From: an uncultured Gemmatimonadales bacterium
GTDB taxonomy: Bacteria; Gemmatimonadota; Gemmatimonadetes; Gemmatimonadales; GWC2-71-9
Length of the DNA stretch: 51,513 bases
Reading direction: 5' to 3'
Assembly (NCBI GenBank): GCA_963844035.1
Contig: CAWJMT010000022.1
Location: 1 to 51,513, forward strand
Both the position numbers and the translations under genes were made by a program. The notes under the pieces were generated by a model, which saw nothing but the letters and a program-made list of their open reading frames with translations, did not search any database and was not told the DNA's origin. Positions 1-9,342 of the stretch are shown one piece after another; position 1 is the stretch's first letter; the number at the start of each line of letters is the position of its first letter.

Positions 1-667
1 GGCGGGGATGCTGCGCGACCGGATTCGGCTGATTGAGAAATTAGACGAGCGAGGCGAGCCGGATGAGGACGTTCAGCCGGAGGTGTTCGCGGCGGAACCG
101 ACTGAGGCATTGGTGAAACTGCAAAAGATTTTGAATACGCCCAATCCCGATAAGAATCATCGAGGGAATCGATATCGCCAATATCGGCGGCAAGGAGGCG
201 GTGGGGTCATTGGTGAAATTTATCGACGGCAGGCCATTCAAGGCGGGGTATCGGCGATTCAAAATCAAGACGGTCGAGGGAAGCGATGATTACGCGATGA
301 TTGCGGAGGTGGTCAAACGCAGATACAAATACGCGCTTGCGGGCGAGGAGCTTTGGCCTGATTTGATTTTGATTGACGGCGGATTCGGGCAACTACACGC
401 TGCGGAAACGCACTGCGAGAACTATTTGCCACAGAGCAAGCTATTCACCGCAGAGAACGCAGAGAACACAGAGAATATATAAATAATTTAAGACTGGCGG
501 GGATAGCGAAACGGGAAGAGGAACTTTATTTGCAGGGAAGCACAAGGCCATTGAAATTGCCGCGGCATTCGCCGGCGTTGAAGCTGCTGCAATACGTCCG
601 CGACGAGGCACACCGGTTCGCACAGCATTACTTTCACATCCTGCAAAGAAAGAAACTGCTGGAATGA
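1..667 (+). CDS. uvrC: Excinuclease ABC subunit C-like protein, 3' part; two compensating single-base frameshifts (~148, ~408); no C-terminal HhH domain
   Basis: Stitched reading gives [93 protein letters not shown], the UvrC RNase H-like endonuclease motifs; stop TGA at 665-667. Confidence 0.85.
449..475 (+). repeat. 9-bp tandem repeat CGCAGAGAA-CGCAGAGAA-CACAGAGAA inside uvrC
   Basis: Directly visible; a fourth near-copy CACAGAGCA lies at 430-438. Confidence 0.85.
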
Positions 668-747
668 TGACCCCGCCCGCAGGCCCGCCACAAGCGGGTA
701 AAAGCTGAGGGCTAACGCATAAGGACTAAAAAAACAATATTTTACCT

Positions 748-805
748 GACATCTTGATGTTTTAATGTTATGATGTTATAATGTCGATAGTATAATAGTG
801 AGGTG
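748..805 (+). promoter_or_regulatory. Sigma70 promoter and probable antitoxin operator of the TA operon
   Basis: TTGATG(754-759)-17 bp-TATAAT(777-782); second TATAAT at 791-796; RBS GAGGTG at 800-805; overlapping ACATC-tt-GATGT inverted repeat and TGATGTTWTAATGT direct repeats. Confidence 0.7.
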
Positions 806-810
806 ATAAT

Positions 811-1044
811 ATGAAAACCGTGAACAAAAGAACAACTATATATATATCCCCGGATATTCACCGGGCACTGCGAATCAAATCGGCGGCAACAGAGTATTCG
901 ATGTCCGACCTTATCCAGGAGGCAATCCGAATATCGCTTGCCGAAGACGCAATCGACCTTGAGGCCATCCATCAAAGAAGACATGAGCCGGGCATTTCAT
1001 TCGAGCAGGTCCTTAAGGATTTGCGAAAACATGGCAAGCTATAA
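811..1044 (+). CDS. Ribbon-helix-helix (CopG-like) antitoxin
   Basis: KRTTIYISPDIHRALRIKSAATEYSMSDLIQEAIR is an RHH pattern; C-terminal EDAIDL..ISFEQVLKDL; overlaps the downstream toxin gene. Confidence 0.8.
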   Translation: MKTVNKRTTIYISPDIHRALRIKSAATEYSMSDLIQEAIRISLAEDAIDLEAIHQRRHEPGISFEQVLKDLRKHGKL

Positions 1045-1291
1045 AATCATCTTCAAAAAGTCCGCAGTCAAAGAACTTGGCGACATTCCTAAAAAGGACA
1101 TGTCAAGAATCATCAAACGCATTCAATCTCTTGGCGATAATCCAAGGCCGGCCGGCTCAGAAAAATTAGCTGCTCAGGAGTGTTATAGAATCCGACAGGG
1201 CAATTATCGAGTAATCTACATAATCGACGATATAAACCTGACCATCGACATATTTAAGATTGGTCATAGGCGTGAGGTTTACCGATTTTAG
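1031..1291 (+). CDS. relE: Type II toxin, RelE/ParE family
   Basis: MASYKIIFKKSAVKEL..NPRPAGSEKL..YRIRQGNYRVIY..IGHRREVYR. Confidence 0.9.
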   Translation: MASYKIIFKKSAVKELGDIPKKDMSRIIKRIQSLGDNPRPAGSEKLAAQECYRIRQGNYRVIYIIDDINLTIDIFKIGHRREVYRF

Positions 1292-1504
1292 ACCGCTTAC
1301 ACAAACCTTGAAGCGATGCGCATCAGGAGGCGTTTGAGGGGCGGTTTGGTATAAGAGGTTGCGATGAGGGTTTGTTTGATGGCGTTTTAGGCGCCGTTGC
1401 GGAAAAGCCGGGAGCATTGTGTTGCCGACGTTGGCGGATCTCGTTGATTTTGTATTCGTAGCCGCGGATGATTGCGACGGCAGTAGCCGCTGCAGGCCAT
1501 CAAC

Positions 1505-2357
1505 GGTATAGTACGCCTGGTCGAAAGCCCGCGCCGATTCTTCCAGTTTGCCCACCATGAAACATGAGTTGCTCATCACGACCCATGCATCGGCAATGGT
1601 TGGATCGGATTTCAGGGCGTTTTCAAGGCAGGTGATCGCTTCTTCGTGCTTCCCGAGCATGCTGAATGCAAGACCTTTCCGGTAGAGCGCTTTTGCATTC
1701 CCGGGTTCGAGGGTCAGTGCCCGGTCAAGGATTTCAAGGGATTCGCGGTAGCGTTTCAGGTTGATCAGCGCAACCCCTTTCTTTATCAGGGCTGAAAGGT
1801 AAAACGGGTAGATCTTCAGTGCCCGGTCATAACAGATGATCTCCTCTTCGAACCATTTGAGTTTCCCGTAGGCAAACCCCTTGTTGACCCACGCGGAGAG
1901 GTATCGGGGCCGGAGTTCAAGTGCCCGTTCGCAGCACCGGACCTCCGCCTCAAACTTCCCCAGCATCCCAAGGGCCACTCCCTTGTTGTTCCATGCAGTG
2001 GCATTCTCCGGGTCGATCTGGAGCGCCCGCTCGCAGCACTCGACCTTCTCTTCAAACCGGTCGAGCATTCCGAAGGCGAACCCCATATCGTTCCATGCAT
2101 CGACACAGTACCGCGTCCAGCTCGATTGCCTTTTTACAACAATCGATCTCCTCTTCAAACCTGCCGAGCTTTCCGAGCGCAAATCCCCGGCCCACCCAGG
2201 ACAGCGCCATCTTCGGGTCCAGTTCCAGTGCACGGGAGAAAAGGATCAATGCCTCATCATGCTTCCCTTCGCGCCCGAGTGCAAGACCTTCAAGATAAAA
2301 ATCTCTTCCCGTCTGGGGGGAATGGGCTGGATCGGTCGGTTCGGAAGAGATTGTCAT
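1505..2357 (-). CDS. Tetratricopeptide repeat protein; frameshift ~2115; 3' truncated at junction
   Basis: ORF 2052..2357 joins ORF 1166..2233; serial TPR units (AWNNKGVALG, AWVNKGFAYG, ALYRKGLAFS); the TPR pattern stops abruptly near 1505. Confidence 0.85.
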
Positions 2358-2600
2358 GGACTGGAAAACCCGGGACTCTGTGTATCAACTGCTTGGTGTC
2401 GTTGATATTTATTTTAACGGATTTTGGATGACGGAAGGAAAAGAAGAATGTATTGAGGTATAACCGGAAATGTGCAGAGAAACGGGCTGATGGTAATGAT
2501 TTCATAAATGCACCAGATTAGTATCTGGTTTTTACGAATAATACAACAATATTTTTAGAACAATTTCGAAAAACTTATACCATTTTTAATATAACTCAGC

Positions 2601-3198
2601 ATGGTGTCCCCGCTGCCCAGAACCCGAAGATGCCAGTCTCGCAGGTTAATGGAATAATCCTGCTGGTTAGGTATCACTCATCCTTGCGGCGATGCTGCTG
2701 CTCATCCAGTGTCTCGGGTTCCAGATGCCGCATCGGGATCCGAGGTACCGGCGATTTTCAAGATTACTACAATGTAGTTCATACTAACGATTCACGGAAA
2801 ATGACGAGGAAGTCATATTACCCTAACCAATATGGAGACAGGATTACCGGAACCGGTATCTCTATGTGAAACTTATTTGTCAATGACATACCGGCAAATT
2901 GGAATCTCCTACGCTCAACGACGATCATGTTCGATCAATTCACTCATCACGGGTATGAAACATTGGGGGCGTCGGTACACAGGGGGATTGTACTAGTTCA
3001 ACTTCGAAATGGTACTCAGGCCCAGACGATTATATATCGATTATCAATGACGGAACATTCCGCCCCGGGGATACCATTCGGATCGAAGTCTACGATCGTA
3101 TAACCAGACAAGTAATCTCCCGGGACACTTACCCCCCACCAAAAAAATACACCACGAAGTGGTTCTACAATAATTTCCTCAATCATCAAGCCGCTTGA
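2601..3198 (+). pseudogene. Archaeal type IV pilin-like protein, heavily frameshifted (pseudogene or low-quality sequence)
   Basis: 5' end approximates a class III signal peptide (EDAVSQV.GIILLV...ILAAMLLL); clean 3' frame NDGTFRPGDTIRIEVYDRITRQVISRDTYPPPKKYTTKWFYNNFLNHQAA* ends at 3198. Confidence 0.55.
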
Positions 3199-3370
3199 AA
3201 ACGCCCTTCTTTGCCTTGAGGATCTTGCATTCAGGACAGCGCCATGTGTCCGGTACCTTCTCCCACGGAGTCCCCGCAGGAACGCCGTTCTTCGGGTCAC
3301 CCTTGGCCGGGTCGTAAATATAGTGGCATTCAAGACAGACCCATCGTGCATTTTTCGCGTCAGTTGGCAT
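3179..3370 (-). CDS. Rubredoxin
   Basis: WVCLECHYIYDPAKGDP..GTPWEKVPDTWRCPEC: two CxxC motifs plus the YDP and GTP signatures. Confidence 0.9.
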   Translation of the reverse strand: MPTDAKNARWVCLECHYIYDPAKGDPKNGVPAGTPWEKVPDTWRCPECKILKAKKGVFKRLDD

Positions 3371-3464
3371 TGTTCAGATCAGCTCCATTTACCGGTAAAA
3401 CGTATCAGTCCAGTTTTCCCTGCAGGGATATGAATTCTTTTCTTGGGGCAAATCCTTTCAGGAT

Positions 3465-3965
3465 TCATGCGTGTCCCGTGCACGGGCAGAACTGCCGTGC
3501 ACAGAGCCGGGCCACCCGCAGCGGTTCGGGTATCTTCCCCTCAAGAGTGAAATCGCGGCAGAACCGCGCGGCATCCGTATACCCGATCCCGGCTGCCCGC
3601 AGGTAGATTGTCCGCTGGTCACCGAGATCAACGGGAACCCGTTCACCCAGCCGGAGATAAGCCTGCATACGTTCCTCATCGCCCGGAAAATGGTGCCGGA
3701 GATCATCGAGAAGCCCATCCGACTCCTCATAGGTGACGCAGATAACCGGGATCCCCGATTCCACTGCAATGCGTTCAGGATCGAGAACATTGTACCACGC
3801 AATTACGCATCCCGAGAGCAGGACAATGTTGATGTCCCCCCGGTCAAGGTACCGGATCATTGTAAGAATGGTATCGGTTGCATCCATGCCGCCGACGGTA
3901 ACCCGGCCGGAGCAGAAACCATCGATGCGGAGGTCTTTACGCATAACCACACCGGCAAGCGTAGA
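3465..3965 (-). CDS. DUF99 family (endonuclease V-like) protein, 5' truncated
   Basis: STLAGVVMRKDLRIDG..TVGGMDATD..LLSGCVIAWYNVLD..GKIPEPLRVARL. Confidence 0.8.
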   Translation of the reverse strand, partial: STLAGVVMRKDLRIDGFCSGRVTVGGMDATDTILTMIRYLDRGDINIVLLSGCVIAWYNVLDPERIAVESGIPVICVTYEESDGLLDDLRHHFPGDEERMQAYLRLGERVPVDLGDQRTIYLRAAGIGYTDAARFCRDFTLEGKIPEPLRVARLCARQFCPCTGHA

Positions 3966-4155
3966 CAAGTTTTACCCGATATCAACAAGTGACGGGATTG
4001 TCGCGGCAGCCCTTCAGAAAAAGGATGGTTCCGGGGATAAAATCACTATGGAGGTTTATAAAAACGGCGTGATGCTCAAACGTGAATCAACAGTCACCCC
4101 AAGGGGTATTGTTGAAATTCAGTCGGATTTGAAAACTCTTCCCGGAATCAGGTAA
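3964..4155 (+). CDS. C-terminal fragment of a hypothetical methanogen protein
   Basis: DKFYPISTSDGIVAAALQKKDGSGDKITMEVYKNGVMLKRESTVTPRGIVEIQ reads as natural protein and begins at the junction. Confidence 0.55.
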   Translation, partial: DKFYPISTSDGIVAAALQKKDGSGDKITMEVYKNGVMLKRESTVTPRGIVEIQSDLKTLPGIR

Positions 4156-4392
4156 TTCGACCCCCTGAAAAATATATTTTCTGAATTCCTTATATTAAAA
4201 AAAACATGCGGTTCAAAGATGGGATTTCCATTAAAAAAGTTGTGATTCTCAGATTAGCAAATGTATGTAACATTTGTTTTTTGGGTAATGTACAAAATCC
4301 AGCCCCTGACTTTTTTCTTTTTTCGTCTTTTAAAAAAAAAGGGTATAGTCACATTCTAGCGACTAAATTTTTGAACGATTTATCTAAAATAG

Positions 4393-4778
4393 GGATTGAT
4401 AACGCTCCTGGGTGCTTCGGCTTTGCCTCCGCCCCCGCCGCTGTGGCACCCCCCAAAATGTGATAAAACCAATATCATTAATGAAATCTAAAAAATCTAT
4501 TTTCCAAAAAATGAAGCACCTCGTTCTATCTCGAAATCAGTAACTTATATTTTCATATTTTTACGTCCTGAATAAATTTTATTTTAGTGGTTTAATTGTG
4601 ACTATACCCAAAAAAAATTATGTAACTAAAACTGAAATGAAAAAAGTGACAGTGATTTTCCGGCATTCTTTTCGTGTTGATGGCTCCTGCATTCAGATTT
4701 ATCTCATTGCGGGGGTCGCCTTACGGCGGCGGGTGGATTTTTTGCAAAAGCCCCCGGGAGCATGATAATTATCAATCC
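4393..4778. repeat. Degenerate inverted repeat pair (4393-4455 and 4711-4778) flanking an AT-rich spacer; MITE-like
   Basis: Copy 1 GGATTGATAA..GCTCCTGGGTGCTT..TCCGCCCCCGCCGCTGTGGCACCCCC versus reverse complement of copy 2 GGATTGATAA..GCTCCCGGGGGCTT..TCCACCCGCCGCCGTAAGGCGACCCCC. Confidence 0.55.
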
Positions 4779-5514
4779 GAGTATCATGTTCACAAGATCT
4801 TATGAAAAAATCAGGAGCTAAAATCACACTTTACTCTCGTTTTTTTAATATAATAACAGACCAAATCAAAAAAAAATTCACAGAGGTATCGATCGAAGGG
4901 TCCTGTTCATCAAAACTGCCAAGATCTTTTGTAATGATGAGTCCATGCTCAGACGGTTATGTGAATTTTAGAGATTTCTGACAGAGAAAAATATTTTAAA
5001 AACAGATTTTTTTTATTCTGCAGAATATTTATTCTGGGTAAAGTCGTTTTAAATGTTCCGATTGTAAAAAAAAACAATAATTTGAAATGGGTTTTGCAAT
5101 ACCCCATTCCCCATGGAAAGACGTCCAATTTATCCCCCGATCATCAAATGTGTCAAACAGGGTATTTCCTGGTGGGGGCATTACGTAATCTCCGAACTTA
5201 TTGACGATATGGATTCTGCCAGCACCGCGAACTGGCCTGAATGATATAAAGTGCGGGTCGGGAGCCAATCGTTGGCGATGGAGCATTGCGATAGACTAGT
5301 GAAGTATTATCTTAACCGGGCGACTTCGAAAAAGCAAAATGGAGTCTGTGAGCGGAGTGTAATGAAAGAAGAAAAGAGGGGTTTCAGGATTTCTCCCCAT
5401 TCATCTGCTGGGGAATCCCGAATGCCTGCTTTGTACCAGGCGACAGGCAGCAGGTGAATTTTAGCGTTTGCTGTAAGGTATGGAATTTGGAGAAGAGAAC
5501 GATCAGTGGTAAAG

Positions 5515-5589
5515 TGCTGCTATGGGGATTCGAACCCCAGTCGCGGGCGTGAAAGGCCCGCATGATTGGCCGGACTACACTATAGCAGC
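5515..5589 (-). tRNA. tRNA-Glu (anticodon TTC)
   Basis: Reverse complement GCTGCTATAGTGTAGTCCGGCCAATCATGCGGGCCTTTCACGCCCGCGACTGGGGTTCGAATCCCCATAGCAGCA; acceptor stem, anticodon stem CGGGC/GCCCG with loop CTTTCAC, GGTTCGAATCC T-arm; CCA not encoded. Confidence 0.95.
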
Positions 5590-5699
5590 GCGTTGTTGCT
5601 CTATCTAATTTCTCGGCACCTCATAAATAGATTATGGAACAGCAAAATAAGGGGGTATTGGGGGTTACTGAAATGTTTCCGGGAAATTTCTTAGTATTG

Positions 5700-6572
5700 T
5701 TATTTTTTATTGATCGGATAACCTTCTGTCTCAGTCACCGTTTTGAATGCCGCCATCAGCTGCCGGGTGACAGGTCCGGGTTTGCCGGTCCCGATTGTCC
5801 GCCCGTCCACCCAGGTGATCGGAGCAACTTCGGCCGCAGTTCCGGTACAGATCATCTCATCGGCGGAGTAGAGATCGAAGTACCCGATATTCTGTTCTTT
5901 CACGGTAATGCCAAGGGATTTTGCAAGTTCAAGCAGGACCATCCGGGTGATGCCCCGGAGGTTGTTGAGGGTCGGGGGCGTAATAATCTCGCCGTTTTTC
6001 ACGACGTAGAGGTTGTCGCCGGAACCTTCAGATACATACCCATTCGTGTCAAAGAAGATCGCCTCATCTCCACCCTTATAATTCGCCTCAATCTTTGCAA
6101 GGATATTATTGAGATAATTTAAGCTTTTTACATTGGGAGGGAGTGCATCAGCGGGATTTCTTCGAATGGAGACGGTTACTGCCCTGAGACCCTTGTCATA
6201 GAGATCGCCATACATGGCTCCCCAGCTGGTGGCAATGACAATGACGGAAGGTTTCGGGCATTTGCACGGATCAAGACCGAGATCTCCCACACCTCGGCTG
6301 ATGATTGGCCTGATATAAGCGTTGGTCAGATTGTTCCTGCGCAGGACTTCGCAGATCACTCCGGTCATCTCCTCCTTCGATAAAGGAGGCTGCAGGTCAA
6401 TTGTTTTTGCTGAATCGTACAGACGATCAAGATGTTCTTTCAGACGGAATATTCTGCCGTTGTAGGCGCGGATTCCCTCAAACACACCATCCCCATACAG
6501 AAAACCGTGATCAAAAACCGAGATTTTTGCCTGGTCGTCAGGAAGGTACTTTCCATCAATGTAAATGATCAT
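5700..6572 (-). CDS. ilvE: Branched-chain amino acid aminotransferase
   Basis: [49 protein letters not shown]. Confidence 0.95.
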   Translation of the reverse strand: MIIYIDGKYLPDDQAKISVFDHGFLYGDGVFEGIRAYNGRIFRLKEHLDRLYDSAKTIDLQPPLSKEEMTGVICEVLRRNNLTNAYIRPIISRGVGDLGLDPCKCPKPSVIVIATSWGAMYGDLYDKGLRAVTVSIRRNPADALPPNVKSLNYLNNILAKIEANYKGGDEAIFFDTNGYVSEGSGDNLYVVKNGEIITPPTLNNLRGITRMVLLELAKSLGITVKEQNIGYFDLYSADEMICTGTAAEVAPITWVDGRTIGTGKPGPVTRQLMAAFKTVTETEGYPINKK

Positions 6573-6892
6573 AGCTTTTATGGGAGGTACTGGGTTTTGT
6601 AGTTTTTTCTTTTATTTATGCAAAAAAATACAAAAAAAGGATTCCTTACTTACATCGTTTAACATTCAACAGGGAATTTTTCATTTCCAGAACTACAGCT
6701 GCCTTGTCCAGGATTAGTTTTATATCCGGCAGGAAAAGAATGAATTCGTCTTCTTTTCATTCACCGATTCCTTCGCAAAAAAACCACTATGGCTCTTTTA
6801 CACAACCTGTCAATAACGTAAAAAATTATTTCCTCTCTCTTGCCAATTGTTTTTGTTCGATGGATGCATGGAATGATTGTCTCTGCACATGC

Positions 6893-8269
6893 TCATGAAT
6901 TTTTCCGGCACAATTCGACAAAATGCCGGAACATTCCTGAACTTGCTACCGGGTGCAGATGGGTGTAACTTCCCAGGGTGTTACCCGTTACCGCACCGTC
7001 AAGATTTTCATGAATACCGATACCACGGGTAAGATGGTATGCAAAATGTGTACCTGGAGATAGAATAACGTCAGAGTAATGGAATTCATGACCCCGGAAT
7101 GCTGCAGCACCCAGAGGAGACCCGCTCGAACTTACGCCTTCAACATAGCTGACTACTCTTCGTGCCGGCATCCGGGTCTCCCCGGAAAAAACTCTGCACA
7201 TTTCATAGGCAGTTTTTTTATGTGCCCCATCCCAGCCTTTTTTTAAGACTATACGATCGGTGAGATACATAAGGCCCCCGCACTCCCCATAGACCGGAGA
7301 ACCGTTTTGCGATACTTCAAGTATCGCTTCTCGCATAGGGTTATTTGCCTCCAGTTCTTTAACAAAAAGTTCGGGATACCCACCCCCGATAATGTAACCA
7401 TCAGCTTCAGGGAGCCTGTCATGAACAGGACTGAACGGAACATACTCTGCTCCTGCAGTATGGAGAACGTCAAACAGATCGGCATAGTAAAAATTGAACG
7501 CCTCGTCAAGGGCAACACCAATTTTAACGTCTTTTTCCACATTTAAGTCAAAGAGTGTTTTCTTCTGGCGGGACGTTACTTCTTCTCTCATGAGTTTCTG
7601 AAACCGTTCAAGATCCACATAACGACCGATCATATCCGTGATGGTGGCTATACGGACATCAAAGTCACCGCGCCCGGTGCCTTCCCGATAGGGTACGAGG
7701 CCAAGATGCCGCATGGCAAGCTGCATTTCTTCCATACGAGGTATAGCACCGATGACCGGAATATCACAGTAATGTTCGATTGCCTTTTGTGCCTTGTCTT
7801 TGTGCGAATCACCTTTGACATTGTTCAGGATGACACCGGCGATATCAACATCACGATCAAATACCTGAAATCCTTTTACAATGGCTGCTGCACTTCGGGT
7901 AATACTCTGGGCAGAGACAACCAGTACCATGGGGAGATCGAGTAATTTTGCAATTGACGCAGTGCTGCCAACATCGGTCAGTGCCTCAGCTCCTTCATAC
8001 AACCCCCGGACTCCCTCGACAAGTGCTATATCTGCACCGCGACAACCAAACTGAAAAATTTCGCGAATCTGTTGAGCAGAAAGTGTAAAACTGTCAAGGT
8101 TCCGGCAGGGCCGCCCGGAGACTGCAGAAAGGTAGGATGGATCAATATAATCCATCCCCACCTTGAAGGTCTGTACCCTGCAGTTCCTGGAAAGAAGTGA
8201 AGCGAGAGCAAGTGTAATGCTTGTCTTACCGCTTCCTGAGCGATCCCCGGTAATCAGAATTTTTTTCAT
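6893..8269 (-). CDS. cfbB: Ni-sirohydrochlorin a,c-diamide synthase
   Basis: CbiA/CobB-like: GDRSGSGKTS, FKVGMDYIDP, VEGVRGLYEG, AFNFYY, GGGYPE, YGECGG; last gene of the cfb operon. Confidence 0.92.
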   Translation of the reverse strand: MKKILITGDRSGSGKTSITLALASLLSRNCRVQTFKVGMDYIDPSYLSAVSGRPCRNLDSFTLSAQQIREIFQFGCRGADIALVEGVRGLYEGAEALTDVGSTASIAKLLDLPMVLVVSAQSITRSAAAIVKGFQVFDRDVDIAGVILNNVKGDSHKDKAQKAIEHYCDIPVIGAIPRMEEMQLAMRHLGLVPYREGTGRGDFDVRIATITDMIGRYVDLERFQKLMREEVTSRQKKTLFDLNVEKDVKIGVALDEAFNFYYADLFDVLHTAGAEYVPFSPVHDRLPEADGYIIGGGYPELFVKELEANNPMREAILEVSQNGSPVYGECGGLMYLTDRIVLKKGWDGAHKKTAYEMCRVFSGETRMPARRVVSYVEGVSSSGSPLGAAAFRGHEFHYSDVILSPGTHFAYHLTRGIGIHENLDGAVTGNTLGSYTHLHPVASSGMFRHFVELCRKNS

Positions 8270-9330
8270 GAAAGACTCCGCATGATGGCACCGAATTCAC
8301 TCTCGACAATGGAACAGACACCCAGCGTCTTTGGGTGGAGGTCGATTTCGACAATGACATGCTGGTGCCCTATGGCGTGGAGCGGACCCACCTGACGGGG
8401 GCCGTTTGTCACCGAGAAACATTCGATGCCCTGGGTGTATTCCGGAGGAATTGCATGAGGCACTCCGACAATCAGAGCAAATACGGGCGCAATCTCCCGC
8501 AACCTCCTTCCAAGCAGATCACCATTTGCTCCGTACTCGTCAAGTGCACCGATTATTTCAGGTCTGACACCGCGGCATGTCATCTCTTCATATATCCGCT
8601 CTGCATCCAGCCGGGTCTTTGGTAGTCCGCGCTGATCGAGATTGGCAATATAGGTGATATCCGCATCCGGGCAGGCATCATGGAGAGCAACCAGCTCATC
8701 GGCGAACATATAGGCTGTCTCTTTCTTTGCATTCAGGATTGCTGCACCCCGTTTCCCGCTCCGTGCAGACTCAAGCAGGCGTTGTGCAGCGATGTGTTTC
8801 ATATCACCCCGTGAGGGTTCAATATATGGCTGGCTTGCCGCCCCCCTCAGATGTTCCACTTCGTTTGCCTTTTCCATCAAGAACCGCTGGCGGATCAGTT
8901 CATCCCGGGAAATCCACCCCGCTTCACACGCTGCATCAAGTGTCGCAAGGACCCCGGCAATGTTTTCGAGATATCCCGCATGGATATCAATAGCTATCGT
9001 CGGGGTTGTTACACCCGCTCCATCAATGGCAGACTGGAGATCTTCCCCGATAATCATTGCAACACAGGTCCCAATCACCGCCATCCTTTTTGGGCAGAAA
9101 TGATCTTCGGCATAGCGCAGTACTTCTTCAAGGGGTTTCTGACCGCCAAAAATGAATTCATTGTCAGCAAGTGATGTTGTAAGCACGCGCATGCCATCTT
9201 CCTCCAGCAGCCGGGCATGTTTGAACGAACAACCGGAAGGACCGTGAAGTATAGCAATATCGACTTTGAGATCCCGAGCTGTATAGAGCGCAGCAACAAT
9301 TGAACTGGGGCGGGGGTGCATGTATTTCAT
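8266..9330 (-). CDS. cfbD: Ni-sirohydrochlorin a,c-diamide reductive cyclase, catalytic subunit (NflD)
   Basis: MHPRPSSIVAALYT, LHGPSGCSFKHARLLEEDG, GTCVAMIIGED, NAKKETAYMFAD, TNGPRQV, EIDLHPKTLG. Confidence 0.95.
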   Translation of the reverse strand: MKYMHPRPSSIVAALYTARDLKVDIAILHGPSGCSFKHARLLEEDGMRVLTTSLADNEFIFGGQKPLEEVLRYAEDHFCPKRMAVIGTCVAMIIGEDLQSAIDGAGVTTPTIAIDIHAGYLENIAGVLATLDAACEAGWISRDELIRQRFLMEKANEVEHLRGAASQPYIEPSRGDMKHIAAQRLLESARSGKRGAAILNAKKETAYMFADELVALHDACPDADITYIANLDQRGLPKTRLDAERIYEEMTCRGVRPEIIGALDEYGANGDLLGRRLREIAPVFALIVGVPHAIPPEYTQGIECFSVTNGPRQVGPLHAIGHQHVIVEIDLHPKTLGVCSIVESEFGAIMRSLS

Positions 9331-9342
9331 GATGTTGTTCAG

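Noticed and set aside
1323..1500. Minus-strand frame AATAVAIIRGYEYKINEIRQ.. as a gene end (faintly CofE-like)
   Set aside because: Too short, cut by the junction and supported by only one weak motif
1166..2233. 355-aa ORF as a TPR protein with a novel C-terminal extension
   Set aside because: The N-terminus is out of frame and the tail beyond ~1505 is read-through across a fragment junction, running antisense into relE
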